Positions 25,520 through 34,598 of a stretch of DNA of 64,000 nt are shown in pieces. Within the stretch, counting starts at the first letter, position 1. The number at the start of each line of letters is the position of its first letter. Under the pieces are notes generated by a model that searched no databases, was not told where the DNA came from, and worked only from the letters and a program-made list of their open reading frames with translations. Origin of the DNA: Thermoleophilia bacterium (lineage in GTDB: Bacteria > Actinomycetota > Thermoleophilia > Gaiellales > JAICJC01); contig JAICJC010000001.1 in assembly GCA_025928655.1 (NCBI GenBank), positions 2,898-66,897 of the forward strand. The letters are read 5' to 3'. The translations under genes were made by a program, and so were the position numbers.

Positions 25520-27196
25520 GCCGGGGATGTCGGCGGCGCGTCCGCTGACCACGTGAGCGCAGGCCTCGACGACGCGGTCGCGGCCGATGCCCTCCACTCG
25601 ATCGAGCGACCCGAGAAACGCTGGGCCGAGCACGGGGTCGAGCCATGGGTAGCGCTCGCGGTCGGCGGCTGTCGTCTGTCGCTTCCATGAGGCGCGGACT
25701 TCGGCCACAAAATGCGTTCCCGGGTCTCGCTCGACGTCCGTGTTTTCCAGTCGGTCGCCCCGCGCTCGCTCGGCCCGAAGCTCCTTCGTCAGCCGCTCCG
25801 TGCGCCGTCCCTCGTCGCGGGCGCGGCCGCGTTCGAGCTGCAGCCGTTCAACGAGCTTGAGCCGATCCTGCTCGGCAGCGGCCAGCCGCTCCCGCAGGTC
25901 GTCCAGCTCGCGGCGCGCACCCGCCAGAGCCGCCTCGGCTGAGCCGGCGAGCGCCTTCGTCTCGGTGTCGGCGAATTCGAGCACGCGCAGGCGCGCCTCG
26001 ACGAGGTCGCGCTCGAGGATCCGCCGGACGTGAGCCGCCTCCGCCCGGAGCTCCTCGATGCGGCGCTCCGCCCCGGCGAAGAGCGCTCCCACCTGCCCCT
26101 GGAGCTCACGCCCGTCCGTGATGGCCCTCTCGAGCGCCTCGGCCTCGGCCTCGCCGGCGGAGGCCATCTCCTCAGCCTCTTGCTCCGGCTCAGGTTCCGG
26201 TTCCGCCTCCGGCGGGGGCGTCTTGCGCATCGGTGGCAGCCACGGCGGCCCCTCCGGGTAGATGCTCGCCGGCCGCTCGGGCTCGGCTCCCTCGGGGACA
26301 TCGACGATCGACAGCTCAATCCGCTCCTCCGCGGGTGTCAGACGAATGATCTGCACCGCGATCCGCTCGCCCACCTCGAGAAAGTCCTCCGCGTGCGAGA
26401 CCCACTCGTGGCTGATGCTCCTGCTCGGGACGAGGCCGGTGATGCCCGGAAAGATCTCGACGAATGCCCCGAAGTTGCGCAAGCCGTCGACGAGCCCCTC
26501 AACCACCATCCCCTCGCGGTACTGCTCGGTGAGTCGCGCCCACCCGTCCGGCTCGAACGGGAGCAGCGACGCCTGGATGCGGCCGGTCTGGGCCGTCCCG
26601 TCCCCGACACGCACGCGGACACCCTGACCGAGACGCACGACTTGATCGGGATCGAGCCCCGCAAGCTCGGTCAGGTGCGACCTGTGTGCGAACGCCCGGT
26701 AACCACCGGCGAGGGTCAGCTCGGCCCCGGCACCGAGCACGCGCGTCACCACTCCCCCGAGCTCCGTGCCGGGTTCCGGGGCATCCGCCGGCGCGCCGCC
26801 GCGGCCGAACGCCGCCGTCACCTTGCGGATCACCTCGGCCGACTCACCCGTTCGGTGCACGAAGAAGAGCGGGTGCGCGGACGGATCGGCCACCTCCTCG
26901 CCGAACGGCCACCAGATTCGGATCGCGCCGCCATAGACGTCCAGCCGAGGAGGTAGGAGGTCGGTGAGCTCCCACGAGCGGTCGCCGGTCGCCATCAGGT
27001 ACAGGTGCGCGTCGGATGGCAGCGCCCCCCGCAGCCCCGCCAGGTCGATCAGCGGCTCCGACGACCATGTCGGGAGGGTCGCGCACACGACGGCGTGCTC
27101 GCGTCCAGGGTCGAGGATGTCGCGCGCGAGCGCGTCGACCGCCGCGGTCGTTGTCACGTCGATCACGTGAAGCGCGTCCGTGCCCAGGACGCTCAT
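24875..27196 (-). CDS. S1 RNA-binding-domain / coiled-coil protein (native part about 25520-27196); the ORF as it stands continues in frame into the amidase remnant
   Basis: ATG at 27196 overlaps the addA-like stop (ATGA). A canonical S1 domain reads GMVVEGLVDGLRNFGAFVEIFPGITGLVPSRSI...RIELSI, with a weaker one upstream. An acidic linker and about 170 aa of heptad-like E/R/L-rich sequence follow. Confidence 0.65.
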   Translation of the reverse strand: MSVLGTDALHVIDVTTTAAVDALARDILDPGREHAVVCATLPTWSSEPLIDLAGLRGALPSDAHLYLMATGDRSWELTDLLPPRLDVYGGAIRIWWPFGEEVADPSAHPLFFVHRTGESAEVIRKVTAAFGRGGAPADAPEPGTELGGVVTRVLGAGAELTLAGGYRAFAHRSHLTELAGLDPDQVVRLGQGVRVRVGDGTAQTGRIQASLLPFEPDGWARLTEQYREGMVVEGLVDGLRNFGAFVEIFPGITGLVPSRSISHEWVSHAEDFLEVGERIAVQIIRLTPAEERIELSIVDVPEGAEPERPASIYPEGPPWLPPMRKTPPPEAEPEPEPEQEAEEMASAGEAEAEALERAITDGRELQGQVGALFAGAERRIEELRAEAAHVRRILERDLVEARLRVLEFADTETKALAGSAEAALAGARRELDDLRERLAAAEQDRLKLVERLQLERGRARDEGRRTERLTKELRAERARGDRLENTDVERDPGTHFVAEVRASWKRQTTAADRERYPWLDPVLGPAFLGSLDRVEGIGRDRVVEACAHVVSGRAADIPGAIVHARTTAPEFSCAGFTHSRIWGVTRNPWNPDFAVGGSSGGSGAALASGTATLASGSDIGGSIRIPAAYNGVVGFKPPYGRVPQEAPFNLDVYCHCGPMARTVADCALFENALAGPHPHDHASLRPKLELPARPEPAAGLRWRCRSTSATGRSTPTWPRPRWPPPRRCARRASRWTRSTYTCRATPSSRRAQSTSGSCSRPGWRRPRPSTASS

Positions 27197-30186
27197 CCTA
27201 CGTCGGCGGCGCCGCCCACGGCCGCCCGCACGCGGGCGTCGAGCCGGCCGGCGTCGCCCGGGTCGTAGCGGCCGGCCACGACCGATCCGTCGTGGGCCAC
27301 GTGACACCACGCCGTCTCCACCCGCGCCGGCCCCGCCTCCAGCGCCGCCAGCGCATAGATCGCGGCCTGGAGCGCGTACCCGGGATCGTCCGGCCCGTGG
27401 AGCGTGCCCGTCTTCCAGTCGACGATCAGCACCGTCCCGTCCGCCTCGCGTGCCCAGACGTCGGCGACGCCCTCGACGATCGCGCCGTCGATGCCGAGCA
27501 GGAGCGGCCACTCGGCGCACAGCTCCTCAGCGGCCGCCAGGCGGCGGCCGATCTCGCCCTCGCGGATCGTCGCGAACAGCCTCTGCGCCCGCTCGTCCTG
27601 CCAATCGAGCGACGGTGCGCGCCAATCGACGTGCTGGATCGCGTCGTGGAACCGCTCCCCGAACGCGCGGGCGCCGGTCGGCCCGGCGGCGCCGGCGCCC
27701 GCCGCCGACCCGTCCGCCGGCGGCGGCTCGAGCTCGAGCTCGAGGGACGAGTAGCTCACCCGCAGCCCCCGCAGCGGGTTCGCCGCCGGGATTGGCGCCA
27801 CCGGTGTCGGCGTCGCGCCGGCCTCGGCCAGCGCCGGCACCTCGACCTCATCCGGCACGACCTCCTCCGCCGGCGTCACGTACCGCACCGCCACGGACGC
27901 CGGCGGCGCCCCGGCGATCCAGCGCATCTGGCCCTCGTACGCGCGCGTGCCGTCGGCCCGGAAGTACGCTCGGCCGATCACGGTCAGGTGCCGCTTCGCG
28001 CGCGTCATCGCCACGTAGGTGATCCTCCGCTCCTCCTCGTCGCCGAGGGCGTTGTCCTCCTCGCACAGCGCCTTGTGGTCGAAGCCGCTGCGCAGCTCGA
28101 GCCCGTCCGGGCGGCAGCGGATCCCGACCAGGGTTCCGTCCTGGGAGACGAGCACCGCCGGCCCGCCCGCGCCGCCGGCGTTCGAGCAGTCGGCGAACAC
28201 GACCGCCGGGAACTCGCGCCCCTTCGCGCCATGCACGGTCATCAGCTGCACCGCGTCGAGTTGCTCGTCGACGACGACCGCCTCGCCGGGGTCGGCGCCG
28301 AGGTCGACCGCCCGCTGCATGAACCGCAGGAACCCGCGCAGGTCGGCCCCGCGCACCTGGCCGTACCGTTCCGCCATCAGCACGAGCCGGCGCAGGTTCG
28401 CATACCGCGCCGCCCCGTCCCGAAGGCCGAGGGCGGCCAGCTCGTAGTCACGGAAGCGCAGGCACTCCTCGACCAGCTCGCCGAGCGGGATCCCCGCGCG
28501 CCGCGCCCGCAGCGCGAACAGATCGCGGCCGAACTCCTGCAGCGCCGGCACGACGTCGATCGCGTCCCACAGCGCGCCGTCCGCCCCCGCCGCCTCGCGC
28601 AGCGCCAGCAGGTCGTCGTCGCACGCGGCGACGTACGGCGACGCGAGCACCCGGACGAGCCGCTCCTCGTCGTGCGGGTTCTCGACGAGCGCGAGCAGGG
28701 CGAGCGCGTCCGCCACCTGCTCGTGCTCGGCGAAGACGTTCCCGCCGATCAGGACGGTCGGCACGCCGGCGGCGCGCAGGGCGGCGTCGTAGAGGCCGAT
28801 CCCCGTGCGGGCCCGGAAGAGCATGACGATCTCGCCCCAGCCGAGGCCCTCCTCGTCGTGCAGGCGCCGCACGCTGGCGGCCGCCTCGGCGGCCTCCTGC
28901 TCCCGCGTCGCCTTCCGCCCCGTGTCCTCGACCACGACCAGCTCGACCGGCACGGCTGGCACCGGCTCGGGCGCGACGGCGACCGTGAGCGGGTCGAAGC
29001 CCGTCAGGATCCCGCGGAACCAGTCGTTCAGGGGCTCGAGCACCGCCGCCTGGCTGCGGTAGTTCTCGCGCAGGGGGAATGTCGCCGTCCGCGCCTGCGC
29101 CTCGCGGAAGCAGGAGACGTCCGCCCACCGGAAGCGGTAGATCGACTGCTGCGCGTCGCCGACGCGGAGCACCCGCTCGGCCCCCTCGCCGAGCAGCGCG
29201 ATCAGCTCGTCCTGGAGCGGGTTCACGTCCTGGGCCTCGTCCACGTATACGCGCCGGAACCGGTACGCGGCCCGGGCGGCCGGGTCGTCTCGCAGGACGT
29301 CGCGCGCGAGCAGCTGGAGATCCTCGAAGTCGACCGCGCCGCGCTCCTGCTTCAGCCGCGCGTACTCGCCCCCGAGGCAGGCGACATATGCGGCGAAGGC
29401 CTCGAGATGGGGCCGGCAGGCGATGTCGGCGAGGGCCGCGATCGCCTCGCCGACCACCGCGTCGAACGCCGCGCAGACGGACGCGAACTGGGCGGCGACG
29501 TTCCCTCCGATCTTCGACATGCCGAGGTCGATGCCGGCGTCGGCGCTCGCGCGCGCCGTCTCCGCCCTCCGACAGCGCACCGCGCTCATGCCCGGCGTCG
29601 AGAGCACCGCCTCCGCCGCCTGCCGCAGCGGCGCCGGGTCGAAGGCGGGCGCGGGCGGCACGGGCACGGCCGGGCGGGCGACCCCGCCGGCGCGGCCGCG
29701 GTCGAGCACCGAGCGGGCCGCCGCCCGCGGATCGGTGAGCGCGCCCAGCATCGGGACGAGCCCGGGATGCTCGCACGTCTCCGCGGCCGCGTCGACCGCG
29801 TGCTCGAGCAGCATCCGGCTCTCGAGCTCGTCCAGCACGACGAGGTCGGGAGCGACGCCGGCGGCGTGCGCCCGCTCGCGCACGATCCGGCCGCACAGCG
29901 CGTGGAACGTGCCCACCCAGGCACAGGACAGGTCGACCGCGGGCTCCGACGCGTCGCGCCCCTCCACGAACTCGGCCTGGATCCGGGCCACGAGATGCGC
30001 CGCCGCGGCGTTGTTGAAGGCGACGACGAGGATCCGCTCGACGGGGATGCCCCGAGCCGTGACGTCCTCGAAGACGGCCCGCGCCAGCAGCGTGGTCTTG
30101 CCGGATCCGGCGCCGGCCGAGACGACGCCGGACGCATGCGAGTCGAGGATCGCCCGCTTCTCGTCCGAGAGCTGCGTCAGCGCCAT
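27193..30186 (-). CDS. addA: UvrD/Rep-family helicase with C-terminal PD-(D/E)XK (RecB-type) nuclease, AddA-like
   Basis: Helicase motifs AGAGSGKTT, VDEAQDVNP, VGDAQQSIYRFRWAD, TVHGAKGREF and YVAMTRAKRHL. Nuclease IVDWKTG plus QAAIYALA. The ATG at 30186 is used instead of the longer Arg-rich track ORF. Confidence 0.85.
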   Translation of the reverse strand: MALTQLSDEKRAILDSHASGVVSAGAGSGKTTLLARAVFEDVTARGIPVERILVVAFNNAAAAHLVARIQAEFVEGRDASEPAVDLSCAWVGTFHALCGRIVRERAHAAGVAPDLVVLDELESRMLLEHAVDAAAETCEHPGLVPMLGALTDPRAAARSVLDRGRAGGVARPAVPVPPAPAFDPAPLRQAAEAVLSTPGMSAVRCRRAETARASADAGIDLGMSKIGGNVAAQFASVCAAFDAVVGEAIAALADIACRPHLEAFAAYVACLGGEYARLKQERGAVDFEDLQLLARDVLRDDPAARAAYRFRRVYVDEAQDVNPLQDELIALLGEGAERVLRVGDAQQSIYRFRWADVSCFREAQARTATFPLRENYRSQAAVLEPLNDWFRGILTGFDPLTVAVAPEPVPAVPVELVVVEDTGRKATREQEAAEAAASVRRLHDEEGLGWGEIVMLFRARTGIGLYDAALRAAGVPTVLIGGNVFAEHEQVADALALLALVENPHDEERLVRVLASPYVAACDDDLLALREAAGADGALWDAIDVVPALQEFGRDLFALRARRAGIPLGELVEECLRFRDYELAALGLRDGAARYANLRRLVLMAERYGQVRGADLRGFLRFMQRAVDLGADPGEAVVVDEQLDAVQLMTVHGAKGREFPAVVFADCSNAGGAGGPAVLVSQDGTLVGIRCRPDGLELRSGFDHKALCEEDNALGDEEERRITYVAMTRAKRHLTVIGRAYFRADGTRAYEGQMRWIAGAPPASVAVRYVTPAEEVVPDEVEVPALAEAGATPTPVAPIPAANPLRGLRVSYSSLELELEPPPADGSAAGAGAAGPTGARAFGERFHDAIQHVDWRAPSLDWQDERAQRLFATIREGEIGRRLAAAEELCAEWPLLLGIDGAIVEGVADVWAREADGTVLIVDWKTGTLHGPDDPGYALQAAIYALAALEAGPARVETAWCHVAHDGSVVAGRYDPGDAGRLDARVRAAVGGAADVG

Positions 30187-32909
30187 ACCAGCCCGTGCAG
30201 GCAGTAGCGGGGGCAGTCGTCCGGCGGGGGCGCGAGCTCGCCGGCGCGCATCCGCGCCACCGCGTCCCGGGCGCCGGAGACGGCGGCGGCAACGCGGGCG
30301 TCCCATGCCTCCGCCGACTCGAGCCACGCGTCCTTCACCTCGTCGTAGGGCTGGGCGTCGGCGCGGACGCGCACGTCGATCCGGTCGTTCATCACCGCCA
30401 GGTACGCGCCCCCGCCGGGCTCGGCGCCGAACGCCCGCCCGGCCATGAGGGCGTAGAGCGGGATCTGGAGGTACACCTCGCCCTCCTGGTCGAGCCGGCG
30501 GCCGCTGCGCTTGTAGTCCACGGCGACGACGAAGCGGCCGTCGGGGGACACATCGATGCGGTCGCAGGTGCCGGACAGGATGACGCCGGGGACGATCCAG
30601 TCGACCTTGAAGCGGTGCTCGAAGCGGGTCGGGACGAAGCGCGGGCCGCGGCGCGCCTCCTCGGCCAGGCGGTGGCCCAGGCGCACGCCGAGCGCGTGCA
30701 CGAACGCGTCGAACGCGCGGCCCGCATCCGGCGGCCGCACCTCGTCCGCCTGCTCCCGAAGCGCCGCCAGCATCGCCTCCCGGTAGCGGTCGAGTGCGGC
30801 CGGCGTGCACGCGCCCACGCCTTCGGCGGCCATGCGGGTGAACGTCCGCTCGAGTACCTGGTGGCCGAACGTCCCCTCCGCGGCCGGATCCCACTGCAAC
30901 TCCAGCGGACGCGGCGCCAGCACGCTCGCGACGAACCAGCCATATGCGCAGCCGACGAACCGCTCGAGCTCGGTCACACGCACCCGGTCGCGCACGACGC
31001 CGCAGGTGAGGCCGCGCTGGCCCCTTCGGCGCTTCAGGGCGGCGGCGACCGCCGGCACCGCGGGGCGGGTCTCGAGCGCCAGCCGCCGTTCCTGCTCCCG
31101 TGACGAGACGGCGTCGGCCAGCCCGGGTACGAGGCCTGTCACGCCGCGCCGCACCGGCACGGCCGCCGCAAGCAGCCGCTGCGACTCGACCCAGTACGGT
31201 GAGGGTGCGAGCTCGCGGCCGTCATCGTCGGCGAACCGCCGAATCAGCGTCAGCCGCTCCCCCGCGCAGGCGCACGCGGCATGGAAGCGTAAGAGGGCCT
31301 CGCTGGTGCCCGGGGCCCGCGGCGGGAGGAACTCGATCCGTTCCCGCAGGCCGTCAGGCAGGTACGGATCGGGCCTGGGGGAGGCCGGGAGCGTCCCGTC
31401 CTCGAGTCCGAGCACGATCACCTCGTCGAAGGCGACGCCGCGGGCCTGGGAGAGGTCGAGCAGGGCGACCGCCCCGATCGGCCCGGACTCCTCGGGGAAC
31501 CCAAGATCGGCGAGCAGCGCCCCCAGTCTGCCCGGCAGCACGTCGCCACGCGCGGCCGGGCGGTCGTCGTCGGGCAGCTCGGAGGCCGCGCCGCCGAGCA
31601 CGGCCAAGGCAGCGTCGTCGAGCAGGTCGGATGGCGACGGCGCACTCGACGAGGCCAGCTTCAGCCGCTCGTGCCCAACCCGAACCAGGAAGGCGGCCTG
31701 GCTCCAAAGGGGTTGGTCACGCAGGCCGCGGAGCGCGATCGCCGGCTGGATCGCCTCGCCCTGCCAGCGCGCCATGAGTTGCCCGCGCGACGCGCGCGAC
31801 CCCCGGCGCATCGCGGCTTCGAACGCGTCAACAGCCGGAGGGTCTGCGCCGGAGTACGGGCTGCGAAGCCATGCGACCAGGCGGTCGACAGATTCCGGCC
31901 CGTCCGCGTCGAGGGCGAACGCGAAGAGCGAAACGAGCGCTCGGGCCAGCGGCGAGGCGGCGAACGGCCGGCGCACGCGGTGGCGTGCCTGGACACCGGC
32001 CTCCGACAGCGCGGCGCGCAACCCCGCCAAGTGTTCGGTAAGCCGCGGCGCGACGATCGCGATCTTGTTTGGGGGCGTTCCAGCGCGGAGCGCGGCGACG
32101 ACTCGCGCGCTCGCCATGCGGTGGACGACATCCGTGCCCGCGCCCTCCAGCCACTCCACGCCTCCGGCTGGTTCGGGAGCGGCATGCTCGAAAAGGCGCC
32201 GTTCCAGGATGTCGATGCCGCCGATTGGCGCACGCGCCGGATGCCAATTGACGGAGTCGGCGTCATCCAGCCAGCGTCGTACACGCGTATGGCGGGCGGC
32301 GAACACCCGCCGCCCCTCCTCGTATGCGAGACCGGCCTCCACGGGATTGCGTTTGGCGAGCGCGCGGAGGAGCGCCCACTCGATCGGCGCGTAGTCGTCG
32401 AAACCGATGACGAAGATGGGGTCGAGCTCGACCCTTTCAGCCCCATCCACGGTCGCCCACTCCGGCGCGTCGGGCGAGGGTATCTCGGCCGTTGCCGCGT
32501 AGATGTCGGCCGCGGTACGGAGCGGTGCAAACCCGGTGGCCTTCGCCGCTGCCGTGAATTGCGAAGGGCTTGCGCGCGCCGCCCGGACCTCGTGAATGAG
32601 GCGCTCGAGCGGCGCGACGTGGCCCGCGCCGGGCGGATCAAGCTGCTCCGTGATGGCGCAGCGGAGGGCAAGTCCGTCGCGTCGCACGGCGTCTTGCAGG
32701 CCGGCGGCGTCTCGGGTGCGCCCGAAGAGGGTCGCAAACGTCCCTGCCCGACATCCCCAGATCGCGCCGTTCGCGGTGGCGATTTCGAGCGCGCGCCCCA
32801 GCACGATGTCGTCCCGGGCTACCAGCGTTCCGCCGCCGTCGCGCCAGCGGTCGACAAGCAGCCGATCCACCCCGCTCGAGCGGGAGCCCACGTGCAGCAT
32901 CAAGCCCAT
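30177..32909 (-). CDS. addB: AddB-like helicase-nuclease subunit (degenerate Walker A, C-terminal PD-(D/E)XK nuclease)
   Basis: 910 aa. The N-terminus HVGSRSSGVDRLL replaces GxxGxGKT. The C-terminus carries GTCDRIDVSPDGRFVVAVDYKRSG, LQIPLYAL and cysteines (VGCAYGWF, CPRYC). It overlaps addA by 10 bp. Confidence 0.8.
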   Translation of the reverse strand: MGLMLHVGSRSSGVDRLLVDRWRDGGGTLVARDDIVLGRALEIATANGAIWGCRAGTFATLFGRTRDAAGLQDAVRRDGLALRCAITEQLDPPGAGHVAPLERLIHEVRAARASPSQFTAAAKATGFAPLRTAADIYAATAEIPSPDAPEWATVDGAERVELDPIFVIGFDDYAPIEWALLRALAKRNPVEAGLAYEEGRRVFAARHTRVRRWLDDADSVNWHPARAPIGGIDILERRLFEHAAPEPAGGVEWLEGAGTDVVHRMASARVVAALRAGTPPNKIAIVAPRLTEHLAGLRAALSEAGVQARHRVRRPFAASPLARALVSLFAFALDADGPESVDRLVAWLRSPYSGADPPAVDAFEAAMRRGSRASRGQLMARWQGEAIQPAIALRGLRDQPLWSQAAFLVRVGHERLKLASSSAPSPSDLLDDAALAVLGGAASELPDDDRPAARGDVLPGRLGALLADLGFPEESGPIGAVALLDLSQARGVAFDEVIVLGLEDGTLPASPRPDPYLPDGLRERIEFLPPRAPGTSEALLRFHAACACAGERLTLIRRFADDDGRELAPSPYWVESQRLLAAAVPVRRGVTGLVPGLADAVSSREQERRLALETRPAVPAVAAALKRRRGQRGLTCGVVRDRVRVTELERFVGCAYGWFVASVLAPRPLELQWDPAAEGTFGHQVLERTFTRMAAEGVGACTPAALDRYREAMLAALREQADEVRPPDAGRAFDAFVHALGVRLGHRLAEEARRGPRFVPTRFEHRFKVDWIVPGVILSGTCDRIDVSPDGRFVVAVDYKRSGRRLDQEGEVYLQIPLYALMAGRAFGAEPGGGAYLAVMNDRIDVRVRADAQPYDEVKDAWLESAEAWDARVAAAVSGARDAVARMRAGELAPPPDDCPRYCLHGLVWR

Positions 32910-32964
32910 CTGCCACCCGCAATCCTATCGCCGCCAATCGCCCTCGACGGGAACGGATCTGGTT

Positions 32965-33609
32965 CTACGGCCCGGTCACAGTCACGGTGACCGTCGGCCC
33001 CGGAACGGTGACCGTGATCGGCTGGCCGAACACCGTCGTCGTCGGCCCGGTAACCGTCTGAACGGTCGTGCGCACCGTTGTGACCGTGCGGTTGACCGTG
33101 GTCGTCTGCGTGTCCGTCGACGACACGGTCACCGGCACCTTGACGGTGCGGTTCACGTCGACCTTGACCGGGACGGTCTTGCCCTTGATCACCGTGTGCG
33201 CCGGCAGCTTGACCGTCTTCGCGGGGATGTGGACGGTCTTGCCCTTCACCTTGACGGTGATGGCGGGCGTCGAGATGAAGCGGCTGCCGTCGATCGTGAT
33301 GATCTTGCCCTTCAGCTTGACCGTGCTCGTGAGGACGGCCGCGCTCGCATGCCCGCCGACGACGCCGCCCAGCCAGAAGCCGCCGACGATGAGCGTCAGC
33401 GCCGCGACCACGGCGGGAATGGCATACCACGGGCGCAGCCGGTGCCTGGTCGCGGCGAGCCAGCCGCCGTGCTCGTCCAGGCGGTCGCGCACGCCGTCCA
33501 GGTTCGGGCGCCGGCCGCTCGCCCAGCGTCGCGAATCCTGTGCCCGGTCGCGGAGCCCGTCCATGGCATCCAGCAGTCGACCCCGAAGGTCCTCGATCTT
33601 GCCTCCCAT
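32965..33609 (-). CDS. single-pass membrane protein with an extracytoplasmic Thr/Val/Lys-rich repetitive beta-strand region
   Basis: Charged N-terminus, one TM segment (AIPAVVAALTLIVGGFWLGGVVGG), then repeats such as VKVKGKTVHIPAKTVKLPAHTVIKGKTVPVKV and TVTVPGPTVTVTVTGP. Confidence 0.6.
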   Translation of the reverse strand: MGGKIEDLRGRLLDAMDGLRDRAQDSRRWASGRRPNLDGVRDRLDEHGGWLAATRHRLRPWYAIPAVVAALTLIVGGFWLGGVVGGHASAAVLTSTVKLKGKIITIDGSRFISTPAITVKVKGKTVHIPAKTVKLPAHTVIKGKTVPVKVDVNRTVKVPVTVSSTDTQTTTVNRTVTTVRTTVQTVTGPTTTVFGQPITVTVPGPTVTVTVTGP

Positions 33610-33689
33610 CGGAAGTGGTAAACTCTACCATCCGTACCCAGACAGGGTGACGCGTTATCCAGGCGTTCACGGGCCCCACGGCTCGCCGC

Positions 33690-34574
33690 TCATGCGTAGG
33701 CCGAGAGCTGGAGCAGCTCCCCGTCCAGCTCGAGCCCGGTCGCGGCGATCAGCTTCGTCGCCGCCCGCAGGTCGGTGCCGAGTCCCGCCGACCGCCGCCG
33801 GGAGAGGGGGACGAGCGAGAGCCGGTGCAGCATCCGGTTCACGGGCTCGATCCCGGCGGCGGGCCGGTCGAGCTGGTCGAGGGCGTCCATCAGGTACCCG
33901 TCGAGCAGCTTGCGGTGGTGGTCGGCGTAGGCGTCCGGCCGCGACAGGTAGTCGAGGCAGGTGTGCCCGTCCGGCAGGACGAGGATGACGCCGCACTGGC
34001 CCGGCCGGGCCGGGAACGCCTCCCGCAGCTCGTGCAGCGCGCCGCGATGGTGCGCGAACAGGTCGGCGTGGGCGGCGGTCGGCGACGAGACGCCGCGGCG
34101 GGTCGACTGCTCGTCGATCGCCCGCCACACCTCGCTCTGGGCGGCGCCGCGCACGAGCGGGTCCGGCGCGAGCATCCGCGCCTTGCGCAGCCGCAGCTCC
34201 GGGCCGGCCGTGTGCTCGGCGGCCGCGAACGCGGCGGAGCGCATCCGCCACCGCCCCGCCTCGACGCAGCTCACCGGGATCGGCGTCACTGACCTCGGCG
34301 CGACGAGCACCGTCAGGTTGAGGATCCGGTTCTGCTTCGCGCCGGTCAGCTCCTCGCCGTCGTAGAGCAGCACCCGCTCGTCCAGCGGGTTCTCGACGAC
34401 GAGCTCCGGCACCGTCCCGTCCGGCCCCGTCTCGGTCACGCGCACGCCGCGGCGCAGGCCGTCGGCGAGCGTCGCGTAGGCCGCCTCCGGGTCGCGGCGG
34501 GGGTAGAGCGGGACGACCGTGATGCCCCGGTGGACGGTCGGCTCGTCGAGCTGGGCGGGCAGGGTGATCGGCAT
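33690..34574 (-). CDS. conserved protein of unknown function (motifs VVPL, GEELTGAKQNR, PVSCVEAGRW)
   Basis: ATG at 34574 is preceded by SD GAGGAGG at a 10-nt spacing. The track start (TTG at 34601) falls inside the palindrome. I recognise the motifs as a conserved DUF-type family but cannot name it with certainty. Confidence 0.7.
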   Translation of the reverse strand: MPITLPAQLDEPTVHRGITVVPLYPRRDPEAAYATLADGLRRGVRVTETGPDGTVPELVVENPLDERVLLYDGEELTGAKQNRILNLTVLVAPRSVTPIPVSCVEAGRWRMRSAAFAAAEHTAGPELRLRKARMLAPDPLVRGAAQSEVWRAIDEQSTRRGVSSPTAAHADLFAHHRGALHELREAFPARPGQCGVILVLPDGHTCLDYLSRPDAYADHHRKLLDGYLMDALDQLDRPAAGIEPVNRMLHRLSLVPLSRRRSAGLGTDLRAATKLIAATGLELDGELLQLSAYA

Positions 34575-34598
34575 CGGGCGGGGCCTCCTCGGTGGCGC

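Noticed and set aside
25560-25640. LGPAFLGSLDRVEG read as the amidase GP..G.P...KD motif, which would make the S1-amidase ORF a complete amidase fusion.
   Set aside because: The spacing to the AGAI-like segment is about 14 residues too short, and the catalytic Lys position is Arg/Val. The resemblance is probably coincidental, so the amidase is treated as 5'-truncated.
32970-33130. Repeated ACGGTGACCGT / GTCACGGTGACC strings considered as a tandem repeat or CRISPR-like array.
   Set aside because: They are the codon-level consequence of the TVTV peptide repeats inside a coding region. There is no repeat-spacer periodicity.
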